From positions 100,504,001 to 100,568,000 of the forward strand of contig NC_087472.1 of assembly GCF_036321535.1 (NCBI RefSeq): DNA of 64,000 nt. Direction: 5' to 3'. This DNA is from Camelus dromedarius. Taxonomy: Eukaryota. Made by a program: the position numbers and the translations under genes. A model generated the notes under the pieces. The model ran no database searches and had not been told where the DNA came from. It saw only the letters and a list, made by a program, of their open reading frames with translations. The stretch's first letter is position 1. Every line of letters starts with the position of its first letter. This document shows, piece by piece, positions 12,901 through 24,900 of the stretch.

Positions 12901-15900
12901 CCTTGAAGTAGACACAGCTGACTCCAAGTTCCTGGAAAACAGCTCAGTAAAACATCTTACTGGTTAGGCTACGTGCTGCTTGGGGGACACGCAAGTCTTT
13001 TTTTTTAGCAACAATTGAAACGACTTTGATGAGGGAAGGCAGGTGAAATGGATTTGACTAATGATTATCCACGGTTTCGAGAGTTCCATTTGAATTTGAG
13101 TTTTAATATGATTTGGTAGCCAGCAAGGTTGAAAGGAGAGTTCATGGTAGGACTCCACCTACAGCATTTGCTCATGCCTTCATGAGGCATCAGTTATTCA
13201 AAAGTCAGAGAGAAGTCTTTGTCAAGTAGACCTCAGCTTACAAGGACAAGCACAGATAATGACAAATGCATTACAGCTAAGTGCTCCTAGTTAGACAGTA
13301 GGTCAAAATGTTGGCCGGCAGGGTAGTCTACGCCAGGAGACAGTCTTACCTTGACTGTCACCAGTAGGGAAAATGTCTTCGCCTTCATGCAGGGAAGCAG
13401 CATCAGAGATGAAATTCATCTACTCCCAACTTTGCTACTATCTCTTAAATGAGATTTTTGTAAACTTTGGAATCAAATCCAAAAGCTCTTGGGAGTATCT
13501 GTGAGGACACTGAGGAAAACGAACCTTTCCTAGTTCAAAATAAAACATCTCTTCTTAAGAGTTATCCTTTTAATTAGCATTTTGACCTCCCTACTTCTGA
13601 TGATTTAGCCAAGCCTAGGCCGAGAGGAACATGATTCCATCAGATATCTGTAGGGCTCTCCTGAGTTTGTGGTGGCAAAAAGTTAAAACAAGTGAGAACT
13701 GGGAAGAGCAGGACATTGTTCATGTCCTTTATGCCTGTTTTTTGACCTTCTGATGAAATAGCTAGCTTTTTCTAACTATTCAAAGTATACATGTGAAACA
13801 AAAAGCAGAAGTTATCAATGTCCTGGAAGGATTTTAAATTTCAGTTGGATGATAAGAGTGATAGGAAATATGTTTTTAAAGTCACAAATTTATATATAGA
13901 ACACAACTTAGCATACTTGTAATTCATTTTAATTACTAGACTTGAAATATAGATGAGTTCATTCAAAACTACCAAGCATTTGTTAACATCTAATATGTGC
14001 TGGGCCTTGGGGCTACAAACGAGGATCAACCCAACTCTCTTGAGATGGAAAACAGCCTACAGCAGTGGTTTACCCAAGGTGCATATTAAAATCAGCTGGG
14101 GAGCTTTTAAAACTCCTGATGCCAGGCACACTCCATGACAATTAAATCAGCATTTGGGGGCTGAGTTGCAGGCATTGGTATTTTTGAAGACTCCCCAGGT
14201 GGTTCCAGCATGAGGCCCATTTTGAGAATCAGGGGTCTAGAGTCCGGTGGGGAAGATACAGGTAACACGATAACAATACGGGATGATCCCTACAATGAAG
14301 GTGACATGTACAGGCTACCAAAGGATGCTCTAAGTGTCTGAATATAGAATAGGCAGAGTGGTTGGACATGGCTTGAGGAGCCAGAGAAACTCTCAGAAAG
14401 AAGGTGGCCTCTGAGCAGTTATATAGGCACAGCTCCTGCCAGCTTGAAAAGCTAGCTGACTACTGTTGCCACGATCCTTCTCTTCTCTCCAGATCTTCTC
14501 TGGAGCCAAGATCTATTGCCCAGTCCTTGGAACAGGGTTTCTCAGCCTCAGCACTATTGACATTTGGGGCCCCGATAGTTCTTTGTTATGTGGGGCTGTG
14601 TTGAGAGCATTGTAGGATGTGTAACAGATCCCTGGTCTTTACCCACTAGATGCAGGTAGCATCCTGCCTCCAACCGTGACAATCAGTTACGTCTCCAGAT
14701 GCTCCCTGGTGGGCAGAGTCACCCCAGGTTGAGAATCGCTGCCTTGAAGTGAATTCTTTAACTAGATTTCTTTTGTCCTAACTTCATGTGAAGCTTGGCC
14801 ACATTGAAGAAATGAAGTGATGTTGAGTGGGACTGGAGGGGAGCAATGAGGGAAATTCCTAAAGAGGAGTTGTGAGGAGGAGAAGGCTGGGCTGGAGAGT
14901 GCTCGAGAGCATGCGGGGTCAGTTGGAGAGGGAATGAGGAAGAAATCGGAGGTACAGGGCCCCCCTGGGTGAGTGGCTGGCCCGTCTCAGAAATTTCACC
15001 TCCAGCCAGCCCTTCCTCTAGGTCCTTTGCCAGAAGAAGCTGCCTGGGGGTTGCAGTAGCCTAATGAGTAATAAGATTGTCAACCATAATTTAATATCTT
15101 GCTGTTGGCTAAAACTGATAACAGCTTCTATCAGGTTAGTTTCCTGTGTCATGTCAATAATTTATTTTTCCCACGTAGGAGTCTCTTATTATACCCAGTG
15201 TTTCTTCAAAGTGAACACTGCAAGCAATAAATACCATATGATGAATTTTATTGCTAAAAATCTAACTTGTTTTGAATTTAATATCACTGATGATCTCCTT
15301 CATGTCAATTTCTCATTTTATTTACAGACGATCAGAACTCAACAAAACCCTGCAAACCCTAAGTGAGGTAATCATAGTACATCCTGTACTTGTTCATCAT
15401 TATTATTATTTGGGGTGGGGAGAGCATGGAGTTCTGTATTCCTGAGGAGACATGTATTCAAATTACCCCAAACCTGTCATGTAAAAGAATGAATGGGCTA
15501 GTTCTCTTAGTCCAAAAACCAGAACTAGGCTCAACAGATGGACATTACAAGGGAGTAGATTGTCCTTCATGTAAAACTAAGTTTCTTAAAACCAGAGTTC
15601 CAGGAGAATGAGCTCCCTTGTGTGGTAGAGAGTTCCCTGACACTGGTAGTATCCAAGTAGAGCTTGTATGGCCTGAATAGCTTCAATCATATGTCAGTAA
15701 TCTGGTAGGAATGTGAACTGGATGATTCCTAGGGGTTCTTGTGGTTCTAAGATTCTGTAATTCTCTGATTAGTCCTGGGCCATCTTGTCTGACATTTCCA
15801 ACTGTCAAACTAACATACATATTTTTATTTTGTTTCAGACTTATTTTATAGTGTGTGCTACAGCAGAAGCCCAAAGGTCAGTCATTTTAATACTTTTATA

Positions 15901-18900
15901 AATAACATTCTTTCTCTACTCATGAGAAATAAAGTATTGAGGAGTATTAGGGAGCAAATTCAAAGGCATTCCTCTAAAATAAATACACATTAATGACATT
16001 TTGGATATGTAATTTTTTATTCTTCCAGACACATATCATAGTCACATCCACCTTCTCATTTCTTTATGAAGCAGAGGGTTGGGTGGTGTTGGGCCATTTG
16101 CCTCTGGTTCTATGAAGCTAAGGATCATTGGTGTCCTTAGCCCCACGGGCCACCAGTGGGACCAGGAAATAGCTCCCAAGGGTCCAGTCCAGTTGAAAGC
16201 CATACAGAGAAGAAAGAACATAAGATAGAGCTTGGGAGAAGAAGGAGAGAGAAGGAAGGGAAAGAAAGAGAAAAGAAGAAATTAAAAAGTACATGGACGG
16301 GCGAATCAGCAATCGGCTGACAATTATTTGAGGTTGCAGAGATGATCATTTGAAATTACGTCCATTGGCTGTCCTGGCTGCATAGGCCAACAGCTTTTAG
16401 GTCAGTGAACTCACTACCCAAATCTTGAAAATTCCGTGTGGGTAAAAGGTCTAGAAAATAATCATTTCTACTCATCGAACGATTCATTGGTGCAAACAAT
16501 GGCAAGTCTTCCATGAAATTGTAGATCGGATCCCTACCCACTATATGTATTTAGTTCACGTCTCTTAGCACTTTTCATTATTTGCAACACTAATATTTTT
16601 TTCACCTAAACCAAGACTAAAGAAAAAAAAGAAACAGAGAATGTCTTAAATTCCTAGTTATTTGATGATCTAGATTGCCAGAGACATTTTGGATTTAAGA
16701 GACCTTGATAGTGACCTCTGGTATGTGAAAGGGCTCTCAAGATGGAAACCCAAATGCCTCCAGATACCAGGCAAGTAGCCAGCTGGGGGTAAAGCTTTAG
16801 ATGTCCGGATGCTTGTCTCTACAACCACGTGTCACCACTGCGTGTTCCTTGTGTGGGCAGGCAAAACGAATCAGCATCTGTGCGTGGTCAGAGGGTCTCT
16901 TGTTTGCAAGCTCTGTGAATGTAAACACATCTATAAATGCCTCCTTGTAGAAAGTCTCTGGGGTAAAGTTCAGCCTGTGGTAGGTGGGTGTTTGCAAACT
17001 TATTTCCTGGGTGACCTCGCAAGTTGACAGTGTTAGTGTCCCCTTTCTTCACTCTAAGTTTGAAAAGCAGTGACAAATATGAAGGTAGGTTTCCAGTTTA
17101 GTAACACTCTGGTTCTATATATTTCTCTTTATAGCACATTAAATTGTACGTTCACAGTAAAACTGAATAAGACAATGAACATATGTGCTGTGATGGTTGC
17201 TTTGCAAACAGTAAACATTAGACCGATGGGTAAGTTGTCTCTGTCTTTATTGCTTTGTTCATTTTCACACGACTTTGATGTGTTCTTTTTAAAATTGAAA
17301 GAATAATGAATAAATTTACATATGTTACAGCTTTCTGTTTTGACTCTTTTGTCCTTGGGCAGTTTTTAGGGAGCTCTAAAAGGTGATTTTTCCTACTTTC
17401 TCAATAAAGTTTCGATATATTGTATTTGAAAACATGATAAAACAAACCCTGTGGAGAGGGAGAATTCTATTTGGAGTGCTTGATAGATTGCTGCTGGGAT
17501 ATATTTACTTCTGAATTCCTCTTAGGAGTCACTGAAGAGTAATTGATATTGCATGCATATCTTCCCCCAAATTATTCACTCAAGAAATATTTTGAGCACC
17601 TACTATTTATATATAATTGTCAATATAATAGCATCCAATGTATTTTATCGACTGTTTTAGACTAATGCTCTTTAAAGTGCTGTCAGGGTAAGAACTGTAA
17701 TACTTGATGGATCTCAGCTTCTTCCTTCTCTCATTCTTGCCCATGCATTTTCTTCTTTCTTTTATTTTTGTCTCCAGAACAGTGCTGCTGTCCTGTCTGG
17801 ATGCCCTGCCCTTCCTCCCCGGAACAGTTAGAAAAACTGCAGTGGTATGTAGCAAACATGGTGACCCTTCTCCTAAAAATAATAATAATAATAACCACAG
17901 CATTTAATCACTATTGCTGGCTAAGGAATTGTAGAATTTTGATAGCGAAGAAGGGCTTTCAGTTTTAGGGAAAATGCGGTTTTCTGCTCTTTGAAGTTTC
18001 CATTGCGTTAAACCAGTGATTTGCAATCTTGGCTGCAGATTAGAATCACCTGGTGAGCACTAAAAATATTCTGACTCCCCACAGCCTCACCAGCTGACTG
18101 TGTCATCATATTTTAAAATTTTAGATGAGAAATGGTATCTTAGTGTTATTTTGATTTCTACTTCTCTTAAGACTGTTTGAATTTTTTTTTCGTACATTTG
18201 GGGTCATTTTTGTATCTTTTTTGTGAATTGTGCGTTCATGTCTTTTTCCCACTAGATGTTTGATCAATTTTTAAGTATTCTTTATATATTGTGGATATTA
18301 GCCCTTTATCTATGGTATATGTTGCAGATATTTCCCCCTAGTTTGTCAGTTAACTTTTGACTTTGTTTTTGTTTTTGTCATGCAAATTAAAAATTTTTAA
18401 TGTAGTTAAATTTACTAATCTTTTATTGCTTGTGGATTTGGAGGCTTTATTAAAGAAAGACTTTCCCTACACCTACCTGGTTATAGAGGAATTCACCCTT
18501 GTGCTTTTCTAGTAGTTGTATGGTTTCTTTTTCTTTTCTTTTTTCTTTTTTTCTTTTAATATTAGATCCACTTGGAGTTTATTCTTATGTGGTAGGAGGT
18601 ATGGATCTAATTGAATCTTTTTCCAAATGTCTTCACAGTGGTCGAGGCACCAGTTATTCAAAAGTCCACCTTTTCCTCAGTGATCTGAGATGCCACCTTT
18701 GTCATATGCTAAATTTTGATAGCTATTTGGGTTAAATTCCAGATGTTAGATGTTAACATTGGGGGAAGCTGGGTGAGGGGTGTATGGAACTCTCTGTGTT
18801 ATTTTTGCAATGTTTCTGTAAGCCTAAAATTAGTTCATATTAAAAATTTTTTGAAAATCCTGATTTCCAGTCTCCACCCTCAGTGATTCTGGTTCAGTTA

Positions 18901-21900
18901 GTCTGGGTCATTGCCTAGGCATTAAGAGTTTTGAAAACTCTCCAGGTGGTTCTCATGTGCAACCGAAGTTGTAAATCACTGCCTTAAACTCTGCCTCAGT
19001 GGAGAGAAGCTGGGAGATGGGTGCTTCAAAATAGCAGAGGTCATGGATGATGTGATAACAAGTATATAAAAATGTACCTGGAAAAAACCAGGAAGTGAAT
19101 GAATGAAAATGCTCACGGGAGTTCCCAGTGATTGGCCTGCCCACTGGCATTATGGATGATTTTCTTGTTTACTTGTTTTTTTCTTGGCAGCATCTTTTGT
19201 ACTTTTCTACAATCAGATAAAAATTGTATTTGGGGAAAATGAAGGACATACATTTTTCAGTGTGAAGCTTCTCATCCAGGAGCAGAAGGCTAAGTGCAGC
19301 CTGTCCGCCCTGTGTAGGCCATATATCTGGGATATATGAAAAAATTCGGCCCCTAGGAATAGCTAAAGAACTTTAGTTAAGGATTTGCAATGTTTTCTGT
19401 AATGAAAAGTAAAGAATATTTGAGTTTTAAGCTTAAGATACTCCCATTAAGCTGGAGGGTTGAGCCCCACTTGGAGATGGAAGTCCTGGAAGTGTCAGGA
19501 TCGGGTCTGGAGACCATGGTTCTTTTGAGGCAGCCCCACTTTCCTCTGATGACTGCCCATTCCGAGAGCTGCTAGGAAGAAGCAGCAGGACGCAGAAAAG
19601 GAGGCAGAATGTGAACTCGTGTCTGGCTGAAGCGCTATCATAAATTAGCTGTGTATCCAGCTGTGAGAGCAGGTGCTTCTTCACGTTGCAAAGTCTCAGA
19701 TTCCTCTGTAAAATGAGGAAGGGATCACATCAGCGCTTCTTGAAGGTTACTGTGCACATGCATGTCACTCACTGAGGATCTTGTTAAAATTCTGATCCAG
19801 CAGGTCTGGGCAGGACCTGAGATTCTGCATTTCTAACAAGCTCGCAGGTGAAGCGGATGCTACTGGTCCATGGACCCCACTATGAGTAGCGGCGGGCGTC
19901 TAGACCATAGGGCAGTGGTTCTCAGACCTGGCTGCACGTTGGAATTATCTGAGGGGTTTTAAAAATAGTGATACCTGCCTCCCACCCTCAGAGATAGTGA
20001 TGTCACTGGTCTGCGGTGCAGCCTAGGTTTCCGGATTTTTAAAAATTCCTGGGTGGGGTGATCCTGAGGTGCAAGCAAACTTGTGAACCGTTAGGTTAGA
20101 ATTAGATGATGGCCTGGTGTCTTTCTGATACATCAGTTCTTAAGATTGGCTGTACATTAGAAACACCTGGGGCCCTTTTAAAACTGATGGCTTCTGGAGT
20201 GCTCAAAACACTCTGTATTTTGATCTGGGTGGTGATGATAGAGGTGTATACATACTACAGTTACAATATTTATAATCCTTCCAGCTCTAAATGTAAGTAC
20301 ACTTTACTGTATATAGGCTACACCTCAGCAAAGAAGCACATTGAAGTGAATACGGATGCCTGTACCCACCCCAGAGATTCTTGCTCAGTTGGTTTGGGGT
20401 GGGAGCCCTGGCACTGGTGCTGCAGTGCTCTAAGGTTTCTAATGTATATATAGCTGGTGTTGCCCACCACCGCTCTGCCACTCCCTGTGTACCTCACCCA
20501 GTGGATGGAGAGCTCGGATTAGCAAAAGTGACAAGAGCAATATAGGGCAACCTCTTCATGATGAGCCCAGTGAATGGGAGCCCCATGCCAGGGGATCTGG
20601 CTGCTGCAGGCCCCCAGATAATACAAAGGGAATTTAATTTACACTTTGTAAAGCACCTTTGCCACGACTTGGTCAGACAGGTTGCCACATTATAAAATTG
20701 AGGGAACAGAGTCGCAGAGAAGTTAGGTGGATTGCCCAGAGGAGTAGTGAGGGCTGGAGCCCCAGCCAAGGCTTCTCAGCGCATCATCTTTCTGTCTGGC
20801 ACCTCTTTGTCCACACTGATTCCTGGACCTCAGGCTGTGGGGAGAGGCCTTCAATCGAGTGCCTGTCCCAGACTGGATTCAGCTGGCATTTCTTTTTATG
20901 GATATGACTTTCCTTAGGTCCCTCAGCCTGATATCCTCCCTCCTCTAACCCAAGAGAAGCTCCAAGAACACATTCTCATTGGTGTTCTAATTCAACATCT
21001 AAAAGTGGATCCATCAGAGGCTCCCCTGGGGAGTCATTTGTTGCCTCTGGTTGCTCCTTCCCCCACCCTGAAACTGGTGGCTCTTGTGCCAGACAGTGGA
21101 TGAGTTCTTCTCAAGCTTCCATGCTATGAAGATACATGGGGCTGGGAACCTCACCCCCACCCCAAGACCAACTGAGTCACACCCTAAGGAGAAGGCCACA
21201 GAAATCTATTTTTTAAAAAAGTCCTCTGGATAATTCTCAAGCACAGCCAAGGTTGAGAACCACTGGGCCAAAGCAACATTGAGGGTATAGCTGATGTACA
21301 GGCTGGGGACCTAGGGACCACCCCCTTTGGCCCCAGCTTGATTCATTTTTTTCATTCAGCAAACATTTCTTGGTCACTTACTCTGAGCTAGTTAGTACTA
21401 TGGCAGGCTATAGCAGGATCAAATTGATTCACACAAATTCCTGTGCTCATCAGTTTCAGAAAAATGTATCTATTGCTAACTCCCATTCAAGATTTTCTTG
21501 AAACAAAATTCAATGTCACAGAAAAAAAAAATGACAGTATGACTTACCTGTCCCAGCCAATATCCCCAAATGCATGTGAATGAGCTCATTTGGAAGTTTC
21601 GTGGGAAAAAAAGCTTATCTGTGATCTACCAAGACCAGTATGAGAATTTGCTGAAATTAAAAATTCTATTCTACAGATCAATAATAATGATTTTTACACA
21701 TTTCTTCTAATGTCAATCAATATGCAGAAGATTGTGATTGCAATTGATAGACTTCTATACTTTGGTCATGAAAGCTATAAGAAAAATTTGAAGAACATTT
21801 TATTGTTATCGGTAAATTTAGAGCTGCTTTTCAATTTACGCCATACCTCTTTGAACCAGATGTTAATGCTAAGTTGACATGAGAGTAGTGAGTCTATTAT

Positions 21901-24900
21901 GGGCAGATGTAGTTTTGAAACATATGCTTTAGCTTCTAAGTCAGATCACTTGTTCTGAAAATGATGAGCTAGTTTTGTCAATGTGGATTTGAATAGTAAA
22001 GGAAAATGATATTTTGATATTTGGTTCAGTTTTTAGAAAAATTTTAAGTATGTTTGAAACAGTCTGGGTATGTGACTCCACTTATTTTGAGAATAAACTT
22101 TGTAAAATCTAAAAAAAACCCAGAAAAGACAGGCTCCTAGTATATGGACACCATCAGTTGGGGCACATGTCATCTAACAGCTGCCTCCCCAAGAAGCACC
22201 TGGAAATGTCACAAGATCATCTCAACTGAGTGATAAGTGGTAAGGTATAGAGCCTGGGAGCAGCAGTGAACAAGTGAAGCAGAGCTGAGAATTCATAAAA
22301 CAGCATCCCTCCTGGTGAATTCCTCTCCCAGGGAGGAGGTCATGGCAGTGAGCAGGGGCAGGAGGCCAGTGGCAGGTGCACAGAGGGCAGGCAGTGGCAG
22401 GTCCCTGATGGAGCCATGTCACCTTGGTGGTGTCAGATGGTTGCCAGAAGAGGTTAGCTTCTGTAGCTCATTCGTGTCTCACATGCATCTCTCTGATTCT
22501 TTCCTCTAGTGACCTACAGGATCCCGTTGTGTGTCTTGCTGGTCATCCACATGGCCCACCATTTTCTTCTTCCAGCAGTTCCATCCCAGCTGCTCCTCAG
22601 GCCACCATTGTGCCCCAGATCTCCAGTGCCTTCTCTTTTGCTGAGCCTCTAGCTCATCCACCTGTAACCCACAGCCCTCACTCTCCAACAGGGGTGATTC
22701 GGCTTCTTTCACCCCAGCCTTCAGCTCCCATAGCTTCTAGCCCTGCCATTGATATGCCCCCACAATCTAGAACTCTCTCTCCCCCTACGCTCCCAACTGA
22801 TCTTTCCCGCACCCTGCCACCTGCGAAATCCTCACTTCCCTTTCCCACCACGTCTCCCCCTGTGAATGTCATCACGACCAGCACAGCTCCTGATAAGACA
22901 GGTAAATATGAGGAGCCACACTGCACCCACGTTTGTTGTTATTCTGGCCACCGGAAATACAGCTGCCAGCCTGCCCAATCAAGACGTCTGTAATGAGACC
23001 ACATTAAGCCATTTTATAATGTTTGCTTGATTTTGAGAGCTTTCTTTCAGGCGTTCATAGAACATAGACATGGCTGAGTTTGTTTTAACCAGGAGAGTGG
23101 AGAAATAGCTCTGAGGCAAACACAGATCCCATTTTATCCAGATGAGTTCTTTTATAGATTTCTTTCTCCTACAAAAGGTTGTCGGGTCACTGTTTTCAAC
23201 ATTCTGAAGAGAAAATTTTTGAACTCTTAAACACAGTAACTCCATTTAGACAGAAGACAAAAGAAAAAAAATTGATATTCTGGAAAATCAGTCATAGAGT
23301 GATAGCGCTGGGGCTGAGCCAAGGTAGCCATGAGGAGGAACATTCAGAAGACCTAGGTGGTGTGATCTGGAATAAGCCATTTAGCTCCTCATAATAATCA
23401 CACTAATTGCACTGGGTTTGGAACAGAGGTTTGTGTACGTGAGAATGTCATGGAGACTGCACCAGGCTCCCTGGACACCAGGTAGGCTTAGGGGTAACAA
23501 GATAAAAGGATGAGGGAAAGCAGCAGAGACAACTCGATACTCTCTGAAGTTTCAATCTAGTGTGTAAGAAGCAATCCTTCCTCTAGAATTTGGAGGGAGG
23601 GAGGCAAAGCCAAGTTCTTGGTGACATGAGATTGGAGCTTAGGTTGTGGTCCCACCTTTTCTGCCCTGGTGAGAGCATCCCCAGGAGATCTGGAGCCACT
23701 GCCAAATGAATTGAGATTTCTTCAAATTTGTACTGCTTTCTGTTAAATATTTTTTTAAAATAAATATGAACATTTTAGGCCAAATAATAAAATCATTGGA
23801 GCTTTAGTCAAGAGAAGGTTCAATGGCTGATGAAGAATAAAGTAAAATTGAAGTTTGTTCACCTAGGCTTAAAGTGCCCAACTTTTTAAAGCTATCCTCT
23901 TTGACCCTGAAAATCAACCTGACAGGCTACACAGAGAGGCCAGGAAGGTAGATTCCCGCATCTGTGCTTCTATGCCCAGGACTTCAGTTTCAGACAGCAA
24001 CTTGGGGCTCTTTTCAGGTCTTGAGTGAAGTGAAAATAACACAACAATAAATACAATAGTTTGCACACCATGTTTATAATAGTATGTTGTAAGACGTGGC
24101 TAAAGATTAGAAGGGAGTGCAAAATAAGAAACAGGGTGTTAGGTGGCAGAATTAAGAGACTTCTTTGTTGTTAGGTTTACATCATTGTTTCCCAGTTAAA
24201 AACACTATTAAAAATTAGGCTTACAGCCAGTAGTCCAGCTGTTAATTTCATACTATTCTCTTTTCACAAAAGAGCTTCTAGTTATCCACATAAAATTCTG
24301 TATGCATGATATAAATTAAGTACATGTATATTTATGCTTATGGCAAATACACACTAAATACACTGATGTGCTTTTACATTTTTTAGTTAGGTTTCTTGAA
24401 GTATAATTTATGTACAGTAAAATTCATCCAGTTCTATGGATGAATGAAATTTTTATAATTCTATGAGGTTGGATAAACACCCACAGTCATGTAACCGCCA
24501 TCACGATAAATAATATTTGCACTATCCCCAAAGTTCCCTCATGTCCCTTTGTGGTCAGCTCCTACCTACTGGCCCTAATCCCTGGCCACCACTGATCTGT
24601 TTTGTTTCCCTGTGCTTTCAATTTTTCTAAAATGCCATATGAAGAGAATCATATAGTATGTAGCCTTCTGAGTGTGGCTTCTTTCACTTAGCATAATACA
24701 TTGGGCTATTGGAGACCCATCCATGTTGTTGCATCTATCAATATAGTTCATTCCTTTCTATTACTGAATAATAAATAGCCCCTTGTATGGATGGACCATA
24801 GTTTGTTTAATCATTCTCCAGGTGATGGACATTTGGGTTGTTTCCAGTTTGGGACTATTATGAAAGAGGCTGCTATAAACATTTATGAACATGTCCTCTT

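Noticed and set aside
16340..16790. Possible old DNA-transposon fragments
   Set aside because: No convincing TIR/TSD pair or family assignment by eye.
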